NCBI GenBank assembly: GCA_041497675.1 | Contig: JBGQGY010000078.1 | Coordinates: forward strand, 1 to 18,162 | Origin: a bacterium | GTDB lineage: Bacteria > Sysuimicrobiota > Sysuimicrobiia > Sysuimicrobiales > Humicultoraceae | Reading direction: 5' to 3' | Length of the DNA: 18,162 nucleotides | Part shown: positions 14,731-18,162 of the stretch, one piece after another | How the letters are laid out: every line of letters starts with the position of its first letter | How positions within the stretch are numbered: position 1 is the first letter of the stretch | Notes under the pieces: generated by a model | The model's input: only the letters and a program-made list of their open reading frames with translations | The model's database searches: none | What the model was told of the DNA's origin: nothing | Position numbers and translations under genes: made by a program

Positions 14731-14775
14731 CTCCTGGCCCCTTTTTTAGGATTTGTCCTCAGAATTCGCGCCAAT

Positions 14776-14802
14776 TTTCCCCGCTGCCGCGTCGTTCAAA
14801 AC
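14776..14802 (-). promoter_or_regulatory. SigB-type promoter of lmo0937-family copy 2
   Basis: GTTT-N17-GGGAAA. Confidence 0.65.
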
Positions 14803-14845
14803 ATGTCGCCACTCGTATGCGCGACGATTATCCGTCGCCCCATTG

Positions 14846-14872
14846 GTTTCGGACCACGGCGCTCCGGGGAAA
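14846..14872 (+). promoter_or_regulatory. SigB-type promoter
   Basis: GTTT-N17-GGGAAA. Confidence 0.6.
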
Positions 14873-14928
14873 ATTCTCACGATCTTACCGTGCCCCGCAT
14901 TTCGAACATGGTGTTGGGGAGGCCACAA

Positions 14929-15057
14929 ATGAGCTCAAAGACAAACATGGGACGTGTGAAGCGCAATTTTATCGAATGCGCCTCAGCCCTTGGCCACGCC
15001 CACGGATCTGCGGTCCGAAAGCGTCCGGGCGGTTGCCGCGGCGGTGAGCCAGGCTGA
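14929..15057 (+). CDS. Small hypothetical protein (42 aa) or gene remnant
   Basis: GGGAGG RBS and an upstream SigB-type promoter. MSSKTNMGRVKRNFIECASALGHAHG... Confidence 0.35.
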   Translation: MSSKTNMGRVKRNFIECASALGHAHGSAVRKRPGGCRGGEPG

Positions 15058-15077
15058 TTGAATCGCACGTACAGCAT

Positions 15078-15103
15078 GTTTGAGCGACGGTGGCCTCGGG
15101 TAA
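15078..15103 (+). promoter_or_regulatory. SigB-type promoter
   Basis: GTTT-N16-GGGTAA. Confidence 0.75.
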
Positions 15104-15156
15104 AAGACAGCAGGCAGCTTGCGAACGGACTCTGGGAACTCAAAGGAGGGAGTCGC

Positions 15157-15397
15157 ATGATCCGGAGGGCTCATGATCGTAGCAACGACGCTGCTGGTCG
15201 CAAGTGCGGTGACGCCGGTACTGGCGCAGACGACGTATCCGGATGTCTCGAAACTCGATCCGTTCTCGGCCGAGTCCAACTTCATGTCGCTGCCAGGGTA
15301 CATTCGGTGGGTGACCTTCTAACAGACGAGCAACTGGCTTTCGTACGCCGAGGCGGCGCGGATCGTGGTCGAGCAAACCCGGACGGCTGAGCGGTAA
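15157..15397 (+). pseudogene. Small secreted protein gene with an internal stop and probable 5' frameshift
   Basis: The frame from ATG 15173 reads MIVATTLLVASAVTPVLA-QTTYPDVSKLDPFSAESNFMSLPGYIRWVTF*QTSNWLSYAEAARIVVEQTRTAER*, with TAA at 15320-15322. The strong RBS points to ATG 15157, which is in another frame. Confidence 0.6.
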
Positions 15398-15429
15398 GAG
15401 CCTGGGTACCGCTCCCGCACGAACGACGA

Positions 15430-15467
15430 CTGAGGCTGGCGAGCGAGTCGCCGGCCTCAGCGTTTTT
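15430..15467 (+). terminator. Intrinsic terminator
   Basis: CTGAGGCTGGCGA-gcgag-TCGCCGGCCTCAG followed by cgTTTTT, between convergent genes. Confidence 0.8.
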
Positions 15468-15475
15468 ACCGAGCC

Positions 15476-15616
15476 CTATTTAAAGAGCCCTAGGCCCAGA
15501 AGACCGACAATGATAAGGTAGATAGCCACGATGTAGTTCAGCAATCTGGGAATCACGAGAATGAGAATCCCGGCGATCAGTGCCACCATGGGTTGCAAGG
15601 CCGCATCGATCCGCAT
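15476..15616 (-). CDS. DUF3096-family small membrane protein (46 aa)
   Basis: RBS AGGAGAAGG. PMVALIAGILILVIPRLLNYIVAIYLIIVGLLGL signature. Confidence 0.9.
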   Translation of the reverse strand: MRIDAALQPMVALIAGILILVIPRLLNYIVAIYLIIVGLLGLGLFK

Positions 15617-15638
15617 GATACCTTCTCCTGATTGCAGA

Positions 15639-15869
15639 TTATGATGCGTGCATCGGCCGCGTGCCCGCGACCAACAGGGCAATGCCGGCCGCGAGCGACA
15701 ACCCGCCAAGCACCGGCGGGAGCGGGATCGTACGCTTCTCCTCGACCTGCGCCTTGATGGGACCGACGTTTAGTATCGTTTTGTTGCGGGTGTACGTGAT
15801 TCCTTGATAGGCGAGCGCGATGACCCCGAGGGCAATCAACAGAATTCCAAGCAACACCGACGCCTTCAC
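15639..15869 (-). CDS. Small two-TM membrane protein (DUF3185-like)
   Basis: GTG start after GAGGGGG. LGILLIALGVIALAYQGITYT...VGPI...KRTIPLPPVLGGLSLAAGIALLV. Confidence 0.85.
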   Translation of the reverse strand: MKASVLLGILLIALGVIALAYQGITYTRNKTILNVGPIKAQVEEKRTIPLPPVLGGLSLAAGIALLVAGTRPMHAS

Positions 15870-15905
15870 GACGATCGTCCCCCCTCAGCGGAAGATACCT
15901 CTATC

Positions 15906-15930
15906 TTACCCGATCGTGCCGGCGCGAAAT
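15906..15930 (-). promoter_or_regulatory. SigB-type promoter (variant -35)
   Basis: ATTT-N15-GGGTAA. Confidence 0.55.
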
Positions 15931-15979
15931 GCGCTCAGCTTCACGCACGTGACGGACGTCCCGCCCGCGCGGGGCCGTG

Positions 15980-16008
15980 TTGCAGCCCCCGGCCGCGTTG
16001 AGTAAACT
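15980..16008 (+). promoter_or_regulatory. Sigma70-type promoter for probably leaderless tatD
   Basis: TTGCAG-N17-TAAACT, ending 6 nt before the GTG. No SD sequence. Confidence 0.65.
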
Positions 16009-16014
16009 TGGGTT

Positions 16015-16803
16015 GTGACGCTTGAACTGTTCGATTCGCACCTCCATCTCGATGACGAGGCATTCGCCACCGACCTCGACGCCGTTCTGAACCGCGCGCG
16101 GGGCGCCGGCGTCCTCGGGTTCGTCACGGTTGGAACGTCACTGGCGTCCAGTCGGAGTGCGTTGGCCTTAGCAGAACGGTATACGGACGTCTACGCCGCC
16201 GTCGCGATCCACCCACACGACGCGGCCGATGCCACGGCCGACACGATGGAACTTTTGTCGATGCTGGCGCGTCATCCACGTGTGGTGGCCATTGGCGAGA
16301 CCGGGCTCGACTATCATCGCAACTTTGCGCCAAATGAGGTGCAACAGGAAGCCTTCCGCGCCCACCTCGCGCTGGCACGCACGTTGGATCTGCCGGTGAT
16401 CATCCACACCCGTGACGCGAACGCCGACGTGATGGGCATCCTGGCGGAAGTACCGCCCCGGTGCGTCATCATGCACTGCTTCTCGGGATCGTTGGAGATG
16501 GCGCACACGTGTCTCGACCGCGGGTATTTCCTGGGACTGGGTGGGCCGGTCACCTACCGCAACGCACGGCGCGCGCTGGATGTCGCGCGTTTCGTCCCGC
16601 CGGACCGGTTGCTGTTGGAGACCGACGCTCCATACCTCCCGCCGGAACCGCATCGGGGGAAGCGGAACGAACCCGCGTACCTGCCGCTGATGGCCTGGGC
16701 GATTGCGGATGTGCGGGGGGTCGCGGCCGGGACGGTGGCCGAACTGACAACCGCCAACGCGCGCCAGGTATTTGGTCTCGTCCGGGCCCCGGCGAGGGAA
16801 TGA
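16015..16803 (+). CDS. tatD: TatD family deoxyribonuclease
   Basis: DSHLHLD, IHPH, AIGETGLDY, PVIIHTRDA, MHCFSG, LLETDAPYL and NEP motifs. Confidence 0.96.
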   Translation: MTLELFDSHLHLDDEAFATDLDAVLNRARGAGVLGFVTVGTSLASSRSALALAERYTDVYAAVAIHPHDAADATADTMELLSMLARHPRVVAIGETGLDYHRNFAPNEVQQEAFRAHLALARTLDLPVIIHTRDANADVMGILAEVPPRCVIMHCFSGSLEMAHTCLDRGYFLGLGGPVTYRNARRALDVARFVPPDRLLLETDAPYLPPEPHRGKRNEPAYLPLMAWAIADVRGVAAGTVAELTTANARQVFGLVRAPARE

Positions 16804-16819
16804 ATCCTGAGGGAATGAT

Positions 16820-17923
16820 ATGAGGACGCATTCGCGCCGATCACGGACTGTGGTTCTGATCCTCCTGCTGCTCATCCCGGTGCTTGCAACGCCGTTTGCC
16901 GCGTCGGCCGCGCCGGCCGAGGACCGTGAGATCGCGCTGGGTCGCCAGGGCGCCGCATCGCTGGAGGCCCGGTTCCAGCTCGTGAAGGAAGGCCCGGCCG
17001 CCGAGCGCGTGAAGCGCATCGGTACGGCGATTGCCGTCGTGACCGAACGACCGCACCTGCCGTGGTCGTTCAAGGTCGTGAACATCGATCAGGTCAATGC
17101 GGTGGCGCTGCCGGGTGGCTTCGTCTACGTCACCACGGGCCTGCTGAATTTCGTGCGCAGCGATCACGAGCTGGCCGGTGTGATGGCGCACGAGGCTACG
17201 CACGCGGCGCACGGCCATGGCATGATCATGATGCAGCGGTCCAACCAGGCGTCGATCGCCATGATTCTGGTGGCGATCTTCACACGTGACCCGGCCTTGA
17301 TCCAAGGGACCAGCATCGTGTCCGGCGGGATGATCGCCGGCTACTCGCGCGAGATGGAGCGCGAGGCGGATCTCACCGCCATCAGCTATCTGAGCAAGAC
17401 CCCGTACAATCCCGTGGGCATGCTGACCTTGCTCGAGCGCCTCCTGCGCCTGGAGCAGATGAACCCGCAGCCTCAGGCGCGAGCGTTCGCGGACCATCCT
17501 TCGACCGCCGAGCGCGTCCAGTACGTCGAAGCCGAGTTGCGCGCGCGCCAGATCGCCCTCAACCGCCGCGCGCCGGCCAACTATCTGGTGCTGACCGTGC
17601 GCGAGGGCTCGGACGCCGGGGTGGTATACGGGGAGATCCTGATCAACAACCGGTCGATCGTCCGTCTGGCGGATCTTCCACGGATCAAGGATGCCGGCGA
17701 ACTCCTCGATCGTCTCTTCGACACGGATCTGGAACCGTACGAAATCGTCGCTCGCGAGACTGCCGACGGGTGGGGCCTCTTTGCCCGCGGGTGGGCGGTC
17801 TTGCGGCTGAGCGCATCGGATACGCCGCAGGGGAGCAGCGTGCGCGAGTTCGCGGTGACCATTTTGACCCGCCTGCGATTAGCCATCGACGAAGATATCC
17901 GTCGCCGGAGACTGCAGGGCTAG
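16820..17923 (+). CDS. Exported M48 family zinc metalloprotease
   Basis: Signal peptide, VNAVALPGG, ELAGVMAHEATH (HEXXH), YSREMEREAD and DHP..ER. It has a C-terminal extension. Confidence 0.92.
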   Translation: MRTHSRRSRTVVLILLLLIPVLATPFAASAAPAEDREIALGRQGAASLEARFQLVKEGPAAERVKRIGTAIAVVTERPHLPWSFKVVNIDQVNAVALPGGFVYVTTGLLNFVRSDHELAGVMAHEATHAAHGHGMIMMQRSNQASIAMILVAIFTRDPALIQGTSIVSGGMIAGYSREMEREADLTAISYLSKTPYNPVGMLTLLERLLRLEQMNPQPQARAFADHPSTAERVQYVEAELRARQIALNRRAPANYLVLTVREGSDAGVVYGEILINNRSIVRLADLPRIKDAGELLDRLFDTDLEPYEIVARETADGWGLFARGWAVLRLSASDTPQGSSVREFAVTILTRLRLAIDEDIRRRRLQG

Positions 17924-17931
17924 ATAAACTG

Positions 17932-18162
17932 TTGAGACGAACACCCGCGCTCTTCATCCTGGCGCTGACCCTCATGTTGATTCCCGTCGACCTGCATGAT
18001 GCCACTGCGCCTGAGGCGCTCGCGCAAAGCGATCCGGTCATCGCCGCGGCAGGGGATATCGCCTGCGACCCCGCCAATCCCGACTACAACCAGGGGAACG
18101 GCACGCCGAATACCTGCCGGATGGGTGCGACGGCAGAAATCATCGTCGCCCGGCGTCCGACG
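17932..18162 (+). CDS. Secreted metallophosphoesterase (5' part; runs off the window edge)
   Basis: Not in the ORF track. From TTG: MRRTPALFILALTLMLIP...ALAQSDPVIAAAGDIACDP...CRMGATAEII. AAGDIA is the first motif of calcineurin-like phosphoesterases. The start codon is uncertain. Confidence 0.75.
   Translation, partial: MRRTPALFILALTLMLIPVDLHDATAPEALAQSDPVIAAAGDIACDPANPDYNQGNGTPNTCRMGATAEIIVARRPT

Noticed and set aside
15058..15390. 110 aa ORF from the track
   Set aside because: It spans a promoter and has no protein-like features. The overlapping frame encodes a signal peptide and is more plausible.

Overview
GC-rich bacterial window, probably a Terrabacteria lineage (inferred from the T-box attenuator, a Bacillus-like RsbW/SigB and the metG...tatD order). 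Left: the 5' part of a DppC/OppC-type ABC permease (- strand), then a sigma70 promoter and a Met-specific T-box riboswitch ahead of a split, archaeal-style cobalamin-independent methionine synthase (two genes) and metG. Middle (4918-16014): an ~11 kb general-stress islet between metG and tatD. It holds a SigB/SigF-type sigma factor, an RsbW anti-sigma that has lost its ATP-binding motifs, an RsbV STAS protein and a membrane GAF-PP2C-HATPase sensor. It also holds many small stress genes (csbD, DUF6496, two lmo0937-family, DUF3096, two DUF3185-like, YciE/F, a collagen-like mini protein), four decayed genes (ku, pyruvate oxidase, yciF, a small secreted protein) and about 14 GTTT-N15-17-GGGWAA-type promoters. 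One of these promoters precedes a candidate unannotated rod-shaped RNA. Right: tatD (probably leaderless), an M48 metalloprotease and the start of a secreted metallophosphoesterase. Family names were assigned by motif recognition, not by database search.
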